Source of the DNA: an uncultured Veillonella sp.
GTDB taxonomy: Bacteria; Bacillota; Negativicutes; Veillonellales; Veillonellaceae
Assembly (NCBI GenBank): GCA_900766125.1
Contig: CAAFUD010000261.1
Location: forward strand, 1-55,211
Direction of reading: 5' to 3'
DNA: 55,211 bases
Shown: positions 19,797-29,923 of the stretch, in pieces
How the letters are laid out: each line of letters starts with the position of its first letter
Numbering within the stretch: position 1 is the stretch's first letter
Notes under the pieces: generated by a model
What the model was told of the DNA's origin: nothing
What the model saw: only the letters and a program-made list of their open reading frames with translations
The model's database searches: none
Position numbers and translations under genes: made by a program

Positions 19797-20168
19797 ATGA
19801 ACTCTACAAAATTAAAACAACAAGCTAAACGTGTTACTACTATGGTAGGTTCCCAGATGATACTAGCAGCTGCTACGATGCAGGCCTTTGCTTATAGTAC
19901 AGATGGCTCCGCAGGCCTTGGCGGTCATGCTTGGCCTTGGACAAAATTCTTACAATCATTAATGGAACACATTACAGGCCCATTACCTATGGTTTTGGGT
20001 ATTATGGGGATCGTTGGTGCAGCGATTGCCTTATTTTCTGGTAACGGTGGCGATGGTACTCGTAAATTTATTTTGTTGATTTTCGTTATTTCTATTGCGT
20101 TAGCCGCTCCTTCCTTAATGGATATGCTTTCCTTAGGGGCCACTGGTTCTGGTTTCGTAATTCCTTAA
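19797..20168 (+). CDS. trbC: TrbC/VirB2 pilin
   Basis: Signal peptide, WPW..FLQ.L...ITGP, two hydrophobic helices; AAAGGA RBS. Confidence 0.85.
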   Translation: MNSTKLKQQAKRVTTMVGSQMILAAATMQAFAYSTDGSAGLGGHAWPWTKFLQSLMEHITGPLPMVLGIMGIVGAAIALFSGNGGDGTRKFILLIFVISIALAAPSLMDMLSLGATGSGFVIP

Positions 20169-20210
20169 CATGATGTGAATATAAGCCTATAAGGCAGTTA
20201 GGTGTAGTGA

Positions 20211-20513
20211 ATGAAAAAGCTATTAAGCACAATATTCCTCTCCTGCTCTCCATTTGTGGCCTTTGCGAGTAATGGGGGAGCTGCTTCGCTCCCTATATAC
20301 GATTTAATATTGTTGCCACTCTCACTAGAATTTTCAGGCCCATTACCATTAGCTCTTGGTACGATTGGCCTTGCTGTTGCAGCTATTACCTTTTTAAGTG
20401 GCTGTCATCATCAGGAAGGCGCTAGACGGTTTTTTGGAATCATATTTGGCGTGGGAACCGCAATCGCGGCTCCACAAGCCATTGAAATGATTACAGGGTG
20501 TTTAATCCCCTAA
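20211..20513 (+). CDS. Second TrbC/VirB2-like pilin
   Basis: FSGPLPLALGTIGLAVAAI...GARRF parallels ITGPLPMVLGIMGIVGAAI...GTRKF of the upstream pilin. Confidence 0.75.
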   Translation: MKKLLSTIFLSCSPFVAFASNGGAASLPIYDLILLPLSLEFSGPLPLALGTIGLAVAAITFLSGCHHQEGARRFFGIIFGVGTAIAAPQAIEMITGCLIP

Positions 20514-20522
20514 GGAGGCAGG

Positions 20523-20789
20523 ATGGTCGAACGTGATTATAGAACAGGTGAAGCCCCTTTATTTAGGGCTTTATATGTTCGTCAAACCTGGGGTGGTGTA
20601 CCTCGTAGATTGTTTCTTATAAATGTGTTTATTTGCGTATTTGCAGTTATCATTTTGGGAACATGGTTTATTGGTGTTATTGGTATAGCCCTCCACTTTT
20701 TATTTAGATATTTTACGTCACAGGACGCTGATTTTTTTGATGTATTTACACATTATTTACGGTCTAAAAACTATTATAGGGCCGAATAA
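20523..20789 (+). CDS. trbD: TrbD/VirB3
   Basis: PLFRAL...GGVPR, TM segment, D.DFFDVF. Confidence 0.85.
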   Translation: MVERDYRTGEAPLFRALYVRQTWGGVPRRLFLINVFICVFAVIILGTWFIGVIGIALHFLFRYFTSQDADFFDVFTHYLRSKNYYRAE

Positions 20790-20815
20790 GACTACTATAG
20801 AAAGGTGTTTATTAT

Positions 20816-23296
20816 ATGGGATTGATGTCTAATTTTCGCTTTCACAAAAAGAATTTTGTGAAACGTGATCCAAAATTAAGCGAATATATCTCTTGGTTAC
20901 AGATTGATGAATCTGGTATTGTCTATAACAAAGATGATTCAATGCAATTGACTTTTAAATTCCGTGGCCCTGACCTTGATTCTTCTACTATTGAAGAACT
21001 CCAGTCATACCACGCAGCTATCAACAATATTATTAAAAGTGCTTCTACTGGTTATGTTTTCTACATGGAAAACCAACGCCATGCATCTGAAGCTTATGAT
21101 ACTGCTGATTTTCAAGCTCCATTAACAAAAGTTATTGAAACAGAACGTGAAAAATTCTTTAACAGTGGCAAACAGTTTGAAAATGATTATTTCTTCACAA
21201 TTTTGTATCACCCTAATTTTGATATGACAAAGAAATTTTTATCTTTTTTTGAATCAAAAGAAGAAACTACAAAGAAGCATAATCAGTACTGGAAAGAAAT
21301 TGCTAAAGCTACAAGTGATTTTATTGAAGAAACCAATAAAATGCTTGATATGTTCAATGATATATTTCTTGATGTTAAAGTGTTGACACCAGATGAAACA
21401 TTAGAGTACTTACATAGTACTGTATCTGATCATCGTCAACCAATTAAAAATATGCCAACTATGTATTTATCTTCCTATTTGTTGGATTCTCCATTAGTTG
21501 GTGGTTTTGAACCTAAACTTGGTGATAAACATATGCGGGTTATTTCTGTTACTAGCTTCCCGCCAATTACTCATCCAGGATTCTTTGATATTCTAAACCG
21601 TTTAGGATTTGAATATCGTTGGTCTAGTCGTTATCATGCATTGTCTAAAATGGATGCTATGCAGGTATTAAAAGATATTGAAGATAACTTTAGACAACAA
21701 GCTAAAACTATTTTACAGTATGCTGTTGAAGCGATTCGTAATAAAGAAACCAATCAAGTTAACGAATCTATGCTGAACTATGCAGATGAAGCTAAAATAG
21801 CTCAACAATTATTAGAAACAGATGCTGTTGGGTATGGGTATTACACAATGACATTGGTTGTTCTTGATAAAGATCCTGAAATGGCTGATAAAAAAGCAGC
21901 ATTTGCATTAAAAGAAATTCGTCAAGAAGGCTTTACGGCGCAACTTGAAACGACCAATGCAATGGATGCTTATTTTGGTTCAATTCCAGGTATGTGGGAA
22001 TATAACGTCCGTAAATACCTTATGGCTTCCCTAAATTTCTCTCACCTTGCCCCGACCTCCGCAGTGTGGTCAGGAGAGAAAAAGAATAGCCATCTAAAGG
22101 GGCCTGTATTGCTTCATACGGTGACAACTGGGAGTACTCCTTTCCGCTTGTCTTTACACGTTGGTGACGTTGGACATACGTTTGTTGTAGGGCCTACTGG
22201 GTCTGGTAAATCTGTACTTCTTAATATGATAGAAACACATTTTACTAAGTATCCTGGCGCTCGTGTATTTATTTTTGATGTTGGTTCTTCCTCTAGGGCT
22301 GTAACAAAAGCTATGGGTGGTAACTTTTATAACATCATGGGTGATGATAACCCATTAGCCTTTCAACCTCTTTCACGGATTGATGAAGATGTTGAATTTA
22401 TCTGGGCTAATGATTGGATTATTAATTATCTCACGATGGAAAATGTACCGATTGATCCAATTGTAAAAACTACAATTCATGAAGCCTTAAAATCGCTACG
22501 TGAAATGGAACCTTCGTTACGTACACTGACATCCTTCCAACGTTTGGTTCAAAACCATGCCATTCGTCAAGCCTTAGCTCCTTTGTGTGAAGGGGGTACC
22601 TATGGTGGCCTCTTTGATAACAGTACAGATAAATTTGGTGAAGGTAATTGGCAGGTATTTGAAATGGATGAAGTCATGAAAATGCCTAATATCGTCCCTA
22701 GCGTACTTGATTTCTTATTCCATAGAATTGAAGGTCAATTACGTGAAGATGGGGCGCCAGGCCTCATTATATTAGATGAATGTTGGCTATTCTTTGCAAA
22801 TCCTATATTCCAAAGTAAAATTCGGAAATACTTTAAAGATTTGCGTAAAAAGAATACGTCTATCATTTTTGCAACGCAAAACTTATCTGATATTTCGGCT
22901 AGTCCTGAACTTGCTAATACAGTTCGTGAAAACTGTCCTACACAAATTTATTTGCCTAATCCTAAAGCAACTGCTGAAGGGATTAAACAGCAATATATCA
23001 ATTTCGGTTTAAATAGCCGTCAAATTGAATTATTGTCTGAATTGACACAAAAAAGAGAATACTATGTATCCTCAATTAAAGGCAATCGTGTATTTGACCT
23101 TGCGTTACAACCATTAGAGGCTGCTTTTGTAACGGCCACATCTAAAGAAGATCAATTAAAAATTCAAGCATTAGAAAAAAATCATCTATCTAAAGATGAA
23201 TTTATTCTAGCTTGGCTTGATTATAAAGGTATGCCTGAAGAAAAGGCTAAATACCAGTCGCTCATAGAGCCAGAAAGGAGTTATCATGTTGGATAA
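20816..23296 (+). CDS. trbE: TrbE/VirB4 ATPase
   Basis: FRGPDLDSST, LHVGDVGHTFVVGPTGSGKSVLL, LDECWLF, LRKKNTSIIFATQ. Confidence 0.95.
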   Translation: MGLMSNFRFHKKNFVKRDPKLSEYISWLQIDESGIVYNKDDSMQLTFKFRGPDLDSSTIEELQSYHAAINNIIKSASTGYVFYMENQRHASEAYDTADFQAPLTKVIETEREKFFNSGKQFENDYFFTILYHPNFDMTKKFLSFFESKEETTKKHNQYWKEIAKATSDFIEETNKMLDMFNDIFLDVKVLTPDETLEYLHSTVSDHRQPIKNMPTMYLSSYLLDSPLVGGFEPKLGDKHMRVISVTSFPPITHPGFFDILNRLGFEYRWSSRYHALSKMDAMQVLKDIEDNFRQQAKTILQYAVEAIRNKETNQVNESMLNYADEAKIAQQLLETDAVGYGYYTMTLVVLDKDPEMADKKAAFALKEIRQEGFTAQLETTNAMDAYFGSIPGMWEYNVRKYLMASLNFSHLAPTSAVWSGEKKNSHLKGPVLLHTVTTGSTPFRLSLHVGDVGHTFVVGPTGSGKSVLLNMIETHFTKYPGARVFIFDVGSSSRAVTKAMGGNFYNIMGDDNPLAFQPLSRIDEDVEFIWANDWIINYLTMENVPIDPIVKTTIHEALKSLREMEPSLRTLTSFQRLVQNHAIRQALAPLCEGGTYGGLFDNSTDKFGEGNWQVFEMDEVMKMPNIVPSVLDFLFHRIEGQLREDGAPGLIILDECWLFFANPIFQSKIRKYFKDLRKKNTSIIFATQNLSDISASPELANTVRENCPTQIYLPNPKATAEGIKQQYINFGLNSRQIELLSELTQKREYYVSSIKGNRVFDLALQPLEAAFVTATSKEDQLKIQALEKNHLSKDEFILAWLDYKGMPEEKAKYQSLIEPERSYHVG

Positions 23297-24158
23297 TGGA
23301 AAAATGAAATCAGTTCTTCCTCGTTCAAAAAAGTTACTTGCTGTTATGTTAATTCCTGGCGCATTTGTATTGACTACGTATTCTGTACACGCTGCTTATC
23401 CTGTAATTGATGCTCAAAATATAGCTAAAACGGTTAAAGTCATTGAAAATACAGCGAAACAAATTGAAAAATTAAACGAACAGGTAAATCTTGCAAAACA
23501 ACATTTATCTATTGTTACACAATCCATGAAAGACGTGTCTGATAATGCTAAAAAAGTATTATCAGCCGTTGATGGTACTCGTAATGCAGTCGATGGTGTG
23601 ATTAAGAATACACAATCCTCATTTAAAGGCCTATTAAGCCCTGTTAAAGATATTCAAAACGTAGCCAAAGAAACCGAGGAAAAATGGAACAAAACGTTCC
23701 AGTCATTATCTGGTTTAAGTCCTAAAAATATTACTTATAGCGCTTTACAAGGATCTAATTCCTATATCAATGCACAAGTGCAACAAAATAACAAAGAAGC
23801 TGTAACTGAAACACAAGCTATTATGGCGGGTTTATCACAAGCGGAAGATGAATTAAAGCAACTTCGTGAACAAGCTCGTCATACAGAAGGACAACGTGAT
23901 TTAGCTAAAATTAATGCTGAAATTAATGCTGTAACAGCTAGAATTGAAGGGTTTAATAGTAAACTTACCGCTATTCAAGTGACTAACCAAAATATGGAAT
24001 CACAAGCTAAACAGCAACAAGATGCTAATAGGGCTGAATTTAACTTTGCAGCTGCAAAGAAATTTAGTGAATCCGTTGTCAATATGAAGGGGTCTATGGA
24101 CGATCTTCCTAATGGCTATGAATCGAGATCTCAATTAATGAAATCTCTATGGAAATAG
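23286..24158 (+). CDS. trbJ: TrbJ/VirB5-like protein
   Basis: Signal peptide, YPVIDAQNI, Q-rich helical body; lies between trbE and trbL. Confidence 0.7.
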   Translation: MLDNGKMKSVLPRSKKLLAVMLIPGAFVLTTYSVHAAYPVIDAQNIAKTVKVIENTAKQIEKLNEQVNLAKQHLSIVTQSMKDVSDNAKKVLSAVDGTRNAVDGVIKNTQSSFKGLLSPVKDIQNVAKETEEKWNKTFQSLSGLSPKNITYSALQGSNSYINAQVQQNNKEAVTETQAIMAGLSQAEDELKQLREQARHTEGQRDLAKINAEINAVTARIEGFNSKLTAIQVTNQNMESQAKQQQDANRAEFNFAAAKKFSESVVNMKGSMDDLPNGYESRSQLMKSLWK

Positions 24159-24168
24159 GAGGGGTTAC

Positions 24169-25452
24169 ATGGATGGTGTTCAATTTGCATTTCTAAACCA
24201 GTTATTAGATACGTTTAGAACTGCATCTGTAACAGGAATGGTTAACTTAAAGCCTGCTGCGTTAGGTTTAGTTACTGTTCTTGGTATTTTAGATGTAACC
24301 GCTATGTGGGGCCTGTACTTTGGCGAGATGCGGGTACGGGAAATCATGGGAAAAGTGATTAAAATTGGCTTTTTTGTAATTTTAATCCTTAATTGGGGGC
24401 CTATTACTACGGCTGTAGAAGATACATTCGTTAAAGTTGGCCAAATTGCTTCCGCCCATCAAACCGCAACAAAGCCTTCCTCAATTATGGTAGAAGGCAC
24501 AAAGAAGATGTATCGACTTTGGAATAATGCAATATATGATGTTCCAATGGCTGATAAAGATTCTGATGGAAATCTTATAGTTTCTAAAAAAAGTAATACT
24601 CCGTTTTATGATTCTAATGGTAATTTGCAAAAAAATGCAGAAGATCTTGTTGCTGAAAGTAAATCTAGCAATCCATTTTCTGGCTTAGGTGAAGCTATAG
24701 CGGCTATTCCAGGAAGAATTATTAAAATTATTCTTGCGTTAGCTATCTTTATTGCTTTTGCGTTTATTGCATTAAATGTTCTTCTTTGTTTCGTTGAGTT
24801 CTATTTAACTACGGCTTTATCTATAATCTTATTGCCGTTTGGTGTTAATAGTCATACATCATTTATTAGTCAGAAGGCATTAGGTGCTGTTGTCAATTTT
24901 GGTGTCAAGCTGATGATCATGATATTCCTTCTTGGTCTTATGTCTACGATGATTAGCAAAATGGATGCGATTACAAATGACGATTATGGAAAATTGTTTG
25001 AAGCCGTATTACAAGCGTGTATGTATGCTTTCTTGATTTGGAAATTACCTAGTCTTATTTCTGGTATGTTAAGTGGTACACCATCTATGGGCGCATCTGC
25101 TGCAGGCGTAGTACAATCTGCTGCTACTGCTGCAGGAGCAGGTGCTATGACTACTAGATTTATGGGTGCAGGTAGTGCAGCCGCTTTTAGAGGAATGGCT
25201 AACGCTTCTCGTATTAGTGGTGATGCTATTCGTGCAGGTGGCGTAGCTGCTGCAAGTTCAAATACTGTTAGAGGTGCTATTTTTAATTCAATGAGAGGTA
25301 CCGCTAGTCATTTAGGTACTGTTACTAAAGGTGCTTACCGTCATCAAATTAATGCAGCTAAGAATACATTCTTAAATGCAGTTGCTCGTGAAAACACAGC
25401 TTCTACTATTTCCAGAAGATTGTCCCATCTTAACGGTTATAAGCGTTCATAA
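24169..25452 (+). CDS. trbL: TrbL/VirB6
   Basis: Multi-TM, EFYL...ILLPFG, LP.L.SG..SG.P, Ala/Gly-rich tail. Confidence 0.88.
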   Translation: MDGVQFAFLNQLLDTFRTASVTGMVNLKPAALGLVTVLGILDVTAMWGLYFGEMRVREIMGKVIKIGFFVILILNWGPITTAVEDTFVKVGQIASAHQTATKPSSIMVEGTKKMYRLWNNAIYDVPMADKDSDGNLIVSKKSNTPFYDSNGNLQKNAEDLVAESKSSNPFSGLGEAIAAIPGRIIKIILALAIFIAFAFIALNVLLCFVEFYLTTALSIILLPFGVNSHTSFISQKALGAVVNFGVKLMIMIFLLGLMSTMISKMDAITNDDYGKLFEAVLQACMYAFLIWKLPSLISGMLSGTPSMGASAAGVVQSAATAAGAGAMTTRFMGAGSAAAFRGMANASRISGDAIRAGGVAAASSNTVRGAIFNSMRGTASHLGTVTKGAYRHQINAAKNTFLNAVARENTASTISRRLSHLNGYKRS

Positions 25453-25463
25453 GGTGATAGCTT

Positions 25464-26936
25464 ATGAATAATAATATACATATTACATTACAACGTATCA
25501 TCATGGGTGTTTGTTTTACACTCATGATGATACTCAATTACAATACAGCGTATGCACTAACTGCTAATAATCATGTTGATATTGGGACTAGTAAAGAACT
25601 CGCTTATGATTATGTTGCAAGATATACTAATGAAGATCCACATTATGTTGTCGATCGTATTTGGGAGGAAGCTGATAAATACGGAATTTATGATAAAACA
25701 GCTTTACTTGCATTATTTGAAACAGAATCTAGTTGGAGAACTCAACCTGCGGGTGATGGTTTAGGATATGGTTTAGGTCAACTAAGTTATGAGTATTGGT
25801 CAGATTATGATTTAAACTCACAAGATGATATTTATGATGTAACACAAAATATTCATGGTTCTGTGTATTATTACGCTAAAATGCTTCAAGCTGCTAATGG
25901 TGATCCTGCTATCGCTTATACAGGGTATAACGGTGGTGCAGGTAATATGGGTGATCTTAGTATTCCTGCAATTGTGGAACACATGAATAATTTTATTGCT
26001 AATTATAACCGTTTAAAAACAGGTGATCCTGGTGTAGGTTATCAAGCAGGTGTTTCTTCAATCATCAACTACTTTAGTATGAATAGTGTACTTAATCGTC
26101 CTTTAGGATTAGATTTTTCCTATATCTATAAAATGGGTTCATCTATTAGAACAATTGTTGATTCTATTGTGGATGGGTGTGTAATTGCTATTAAAAGTTT
26201 GATTCAAGTATCGTTACCTTTATTAGCTGTATTGGCTATTATTGATTTTTCAATGTTTGCATGGCGTGGGCCTACGATTACAGGTCAACTTGATTCAGCA
26301 TTTTGGACTGGTGCAGCTCAACGAATTGTTAAATATGGATTTTTAACAATTCTTATTGAAAGTTGGCAATTTATTGTCAATAAAGTATTTATTGGTACTG
26401 CAAAATGGTCATATGCTACGTTTTCACCAGATACAGCTAATGCCATTGGTGATATAACGGCACCAGATCAACAATTACAACATTTTATTTCATTCCTTAA
26501 TCCTTCTATGACTTGGCTTGGAAAAGTGACTGCGTTAGATATGATTAATCATATGGGGTTATTCTTATTAAATATGTTTGCTACTTATATGGGATTAATC
26601 TTGATTATCATATTGATTTTTTCAATTTTAGTCGTGTATTTGGAATTTTATATGTCAGCTGTATTTACTGTATTTAGTATAAGTTTTGCAGGTTTAAAGC
26701 CGACAAGTTTTATTCCAGAAGGTATGATGAGCCATCTAATTACAGGAACAATTCGATTAATGTGTATTGGTCTTATCTTTTCTATTATGAAAAAGGCTAT
26801 GGAAGTATATACCTACGATCCTACAGATATATTTGGTATATTAGGTGCTTTACTATTCGTTGTAGTGGTAGTAGTTGTTGGTGTTTTATTGCCTAATCGA
26901 ATTGCTGATGGTTTACAAGTATCAGCTAAATTATAG
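25464..26936 (+). CDS. Lytic transglycosylase (SLT) domain fused to a TrbL/VirB6-like membrane domain
   Basis: ETESSW, GLGQL, NI.GSVYY, AYTGYNGGAG in the N-half; LAIIDF, IVKYGF, YLEFYM, LPNRIA in the C-half. Confidence 0.75.
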   Translation: MNNNIHITLQRIIMGVCFTLMMILNYNTAYALTANNHVDIGTSKELAYDYVARYTNEDPHYVVDRIWEEADKYGIYDKTALLALFETESSWRTQPAGDGLGYGLGQLSYEYWSDYDLNSQDDIYDVTQNIHGSVYYYAKMLQAANGDPAIAYTGYNGGAGNMGDLSIPAIVEHMNNFIANYNRLKTGDPGVGYQAGVSSIINYFSMNSVLNRPLGLDFSYIYKMGSSIRTIVDSIVDGCVIAIKSLIQVSLPLLAVLAIIDFSMFAWRGPTITGQLDSAFWTGAAQRIVKYGFLTILIESWQFIVNKVFIGTAKWSYATFSPDTANAIGDITAPDQQLQHFISFLNPSMTWLGKVTALDMINHMGLFLLNMFATYMGLILIIILIFSILVVYLEFYMSAVFTVFSISFAGLKPTSFIPEGMMSHLITGTIRLMCIGLIFSIMKKAMEVYTYDPTDIFGILGALLFVVVVVVVGVLLPNRIADGLQVSAKL

Positions 26937-26951
26937 AAAGGAGGCTCCTTT

Positions 26952-27545
26952 ATGAAATGGTTATCTAATTTAAAACCAAAACGTTCTATAAAGGATTGGA
27001 AACGAAGGGATAAAATATTTTTCGTTGCTATCGTTCTCCTTATTACATTTAATATTTGTGTTGGTTATGGACTTGTTCATAGTCCGTTTTATGTCAATAT
27101 AACGACGTCAGCGCCTATGGGTGTATATGTGGTTTCACATAATCAAGAATTAAAACCTAATGCATTGGTTATGGTTAAAGAAAATCATAGATTGGAACAA
27201 TTTTATGGAACAAAACGTCCTCCGCAATTGTTATTAAAACATATTGCAGGAATGCCTGGCGATATAATGACTGTTACAGAACATAATGTTCAAATTAATG
27301 CAGAATCATATCCCACATTATCGTATACATCCAATGGTATGCCATTACAACATTTACAAAACGGCGTGTATACGTTGTCTAGTGATGAATATTTTGTAGC
27401 TAATGTTCCTACTCGTAGTTATGATAGTCGTTATTTTGGCCCTGTTAAGCGAGATGAGATTCAAGCCGTAGTTACACCAATTTGGTTATTTGGAGAAGGG
27501 GTGACTGAATTTGTTAACCAATGGGAAAATGCGAAAAATAGCTAA
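26952..27545 (+). CDS. traF: TraF-like S26 peptidase (pilin maturation)
   Basis: NITTSAPMGVY, LLKHIAGMPGD, SYDSRYFGPV. Confidence 0.9.
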   Translation: MKWLSNLKPKRSIKDWKRRDKIFFVAIVLLITFNICVGYGLVHSPFYVNITTSAPMGVYVVSHNQELKPNALVMVKENHRLEQFYGTKRPPQLLLKHIAGMPGDIMTVTEHNVQINAESYPTLSYTSNGMPLQHLQNGVYTLSSDEYFVANVPTRSYDSRYFGPVKRDEIQAVVTPIWLFGEGVTEFVNQWENAKNS

Positions 27546-28350
27546 AGTGATTGTATCTACTACATTAATGTTTTCTTTTTTTAATATCATTCAAACACCT
27601 GTAGCAGAAGCGAAATTCCATTTTAGAGGTGGTAATGTACATGATTCATCTCGATATAAACAGGTTGTTGAATGGGTAAAAAAAGAACAAGATAAATTAG
27701 AACAAATTAAAGCTAAATTACAACATAGTATTGATACGGTTAAACAAGCTCAACAGGCTATGAATAGTGTTAAGTCCTCACTGAATACAGCTATGAAAAG
27801 TGTTGATGCACTTCGTTCTAATATCAATTCAGTAATGAAAATGTCCGATAGTCTTATTCATTTAGACTTTGACCACCCTGATAAAGGATGGTCAGAAATA
27901 GAGTATTCTAAAGAAGCAATTCATTATCAGACTGATTATATGAATAAGAAAATTCAAAATAATACTATTGTTTCTAAAGCTAATTTAGAATCTCAAAAAA
28001 TGGCAACTGGACTATCGGCTATTGCTGATGCTAATAACTCTGTTATTCAATCATTACAAAAATTAGGTAAAAATACCAAAGGACTTCTTGATATTCAAGA
28101 GGTCAATAATGAAATAGATGCTACTAGAACGGATACAATATTACAAACAACAAAAACTAGAGCTAGTGAACTTAATAAAGAATTACAAGAAAAAATCATT
28201 CAAGCGGAAAATGAAGCTGCTGCTAATAAACGTAGAGCGGCCGATTTTCAAGTAACATCTGATCCAGAACAACGTACTGAAAAAGAAACAACTGACTTAA
28301 AACGCATGGATGCTGATTCTAAGCCTGGTAGGGGGTTTGTAGAATTTTAA
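27511..28350 (+). CDS. Secreted helical protein, second TrbJ/VirB5-like
   Basis: Signal peptide, NVHD motif, coiled-coil Q/K-rich body; last gene of the tra operon. Confidence 0.5.
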   Translation: MLTNGKMRKIAKVIVSTTLMFSFFNIIQTPVAEAKFHFRGGNVHDSSRYKQVVEWVKKEQDKLEQIKAKLQHSIDTVKQAQQAMNSVKSSLNTAMKSVDALRSNINSVMKMSDSLIHLDFDHPDKGWSEIEYSKEAIHYQTDYMNKKIQNNTIVSKANLESQKMATGLSAIADANNSVIQSLQKLGKNTKGLLDIQEVNNEIDATRTDTILQTTKTRASELNKELQEKIIQAENEAAANKRRAADFQVTSDPEQRTEKETTDLKRMDADSKPGRGFVEF

Positions 28351-28354
28351 GATA

Positions 28355-28383
28355 TTGAAAGACTGCGTATAAATTGGTATACT
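28355..28383 (+). promoter_or_regulatory. Sigma70-type promoter of the TenpIN-like locus
   Basis: TTGAAA-N17-TATACT with extended -10 TG. Confidence 0.65.
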
Positions 28384-28413
28384 ATTTATGCGCAGCATTT
28401 CAATTAAGTATGA

Positions 28414-28509
28414 TGATGAGGTCGTAAAGCACGCCTCGTTAAACAAAAAAGGCTTGATTGTTGATGAGGTCGTAGAGCGCGCCTCGTTAAATAAAAAAAG
28501 CTCGATTGA
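28414..28509 (+). ncRNA. Type III antitoxin RNA (TenpI-like): two 48-nt pseudoknot repeats
   Basis: Units start at 28414 and 28462; gagg(t)cgt/Rcgcctc stem; loop aagc/gctt versus gagc/gctc compensatory pairing. Confidence 0.85.
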
Positions 28510-28511
28510 TG

Positions 28512-28541
28512 AAAAGCCCCCTTAATTAAGGGGGCTTTTAT
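28512..28541 (+). terminator. Terminator between antitoxin repeats and toxin gene
   Basis: aaaagcccccttaattaagggggctttt palindrome; canonical type III TA layout. Confidence 0.85.
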
Positions 28542-28556
28542 CGTATGGGAGAATCT

Positions 28557-29039
28557 ATGAAATTTATATTTTTAACAAAGGATTATTTTAATCGACATCC
28601 TTCATCTGAATTTCCTGAAATGTTACGCAAATCAGATCGTCCTTATGTTCAACTTACGATTCCTTGTAACCATCAACTATGGGCGGTTCCTTTGCGGTCT
28701 TATATCAATCATGAATTTGCTTTTTGGTCTAATAAAAAAGAATTTTGTGGATTAGATTTTACTAAGGCCGTTCCAATTGAATTAAAAGATATAGACACAA
28801 TGCATTCACCGATTATTAGGCGCCATGAATTTAATGCATTGAAAGGAAAAGATTATCGTGTAACGCAACGATTTAAACATTTTATTAAAAAGTTTGATCA
28901 TGCCAAGTTACATCCTACTCTTCCTGATAGCAAGGTTCTTTTAAAATATAGTACATTACAATATTTTGAAAAAGAACTAGAACAAAAAAAGAAGATTAAG
29001 CTTACTATTTCAAAACAAAACAGTACACTTAGCCTATAA
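28557..29039 (+). CDS. Type III toxin-antitoxin toxin, TenpIN-like
   Basis: MKFIFLT, DRPY, WAVPLRS.I.H, GLDFTKAV, KYSTLQYF; preceded by repeats and a terminator. Confidence 0.85.
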   Translation: MKFIFLTKDYFNRHPSSEFPEMLRKSDRPYVQLTIPCNHQLWAVPLRSYINHEFAFWSNKKEFCGLDFTKAVPIELKDIDTMHSPIIRRHEFNALKGKDYRVTQRFKHFIKKFDHAKLHPTLPDSKVLLKYSTLQYFEKELEQKKKIKLTISKQNSTLSL

Positions 29040-29270
29040 TTTGCACCTATTTCCTGGGGCAGATATAATTAAACTAGAAGTTGGATAACTTCAGATAAAA
29101 CAACAAAAACCCACGGTGGTTAGATCGTGGGTTTTTTATTTTATTTGAATGTCACTTGTGAAAATATTCTTTAAAACTTCTCATATTGAAATATATCTAT
29201 GTCGTAGCATAGCATATTCATATATAGTTATGGTATTCTTTTATATGGATGTATTCCTTCTGGTCTTACT

Positions 29271-29798
29271 ATGGCAAAAATTAAAGATTATGATTTAATT
29301 ACTGTAGATGAACATAGAATTCAAACTACAATTGATGTATATTTTCAATGGAAAACCTTAGACATAATGTTATCTACATTAAGTACTAGAGGTATTAATT
29401 TTCCTAGCGAAATTAGTGAAAATATCGTTTGTTATATTTGTGGTTATTGGCTCAATAAAGGCAGTGCGGGTGATGCTATTGATCCCAATGGGAATCGAAT
29501 TATTGAGATTAAAGGCAGTAGTTCTACTGGGCCATCATCATTTAGTCCTAGTGAACGATTTGACGAATTAGTTTTCGTTAAATTAAATAAACAAAATGAC
29601 ACTTTGTTAATTTATTTGACAGGCATTAATAATATTTCCCTTGGAAATATCTATGTGAATGCAACGGAAACTGTGCTAGAGCAGCAACAAGCAGGCCGAC
29701 GGCCTCGATTTAATATTGAAGATAAAATTATTAAACCATTTAATATTCAACCATCGTTTTTATTTGATTTAAGAAAACGAACTTTTACTCCATTATAA
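29271..29798 (+). CDS. Type II restriction endonuclease, Bsp6I-like (GCNGC expected)
   Basis: RGINFP..ISE, IEIKGSS, SFSP...FDELVF, QQ.AGRRPRF; 175 aa; next to a C5 methyltransferase. Confidence 0.8.
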   Translation: MAKIKDYDLITVDEHRIQTTIDVYFQWKTLDIMLSTLSTRGINFPSEISENIVCYICGYWLNKGSAGDAIDPNGNRIIEIKGSSSTGPSSFSPSERFDELVFVKLNKQNDTLLIYLTGINNISLGNIYVNATETVLEQQQAGRRPRFNIEDKIIKPFNIQPSFLFDLRKRTFTPL

Positions 29799-29923
29799 CC
29801 GTGGAAAGGATTGGAATACATCCATTCTTTCCACGGTTATATTTGCGGCGTGCTGCTTTTTTATTTAATTTATTATATAATAAACTAAGTATTTTATTCA
29901 TTAGGCAAGAAAGGATGTTATAA

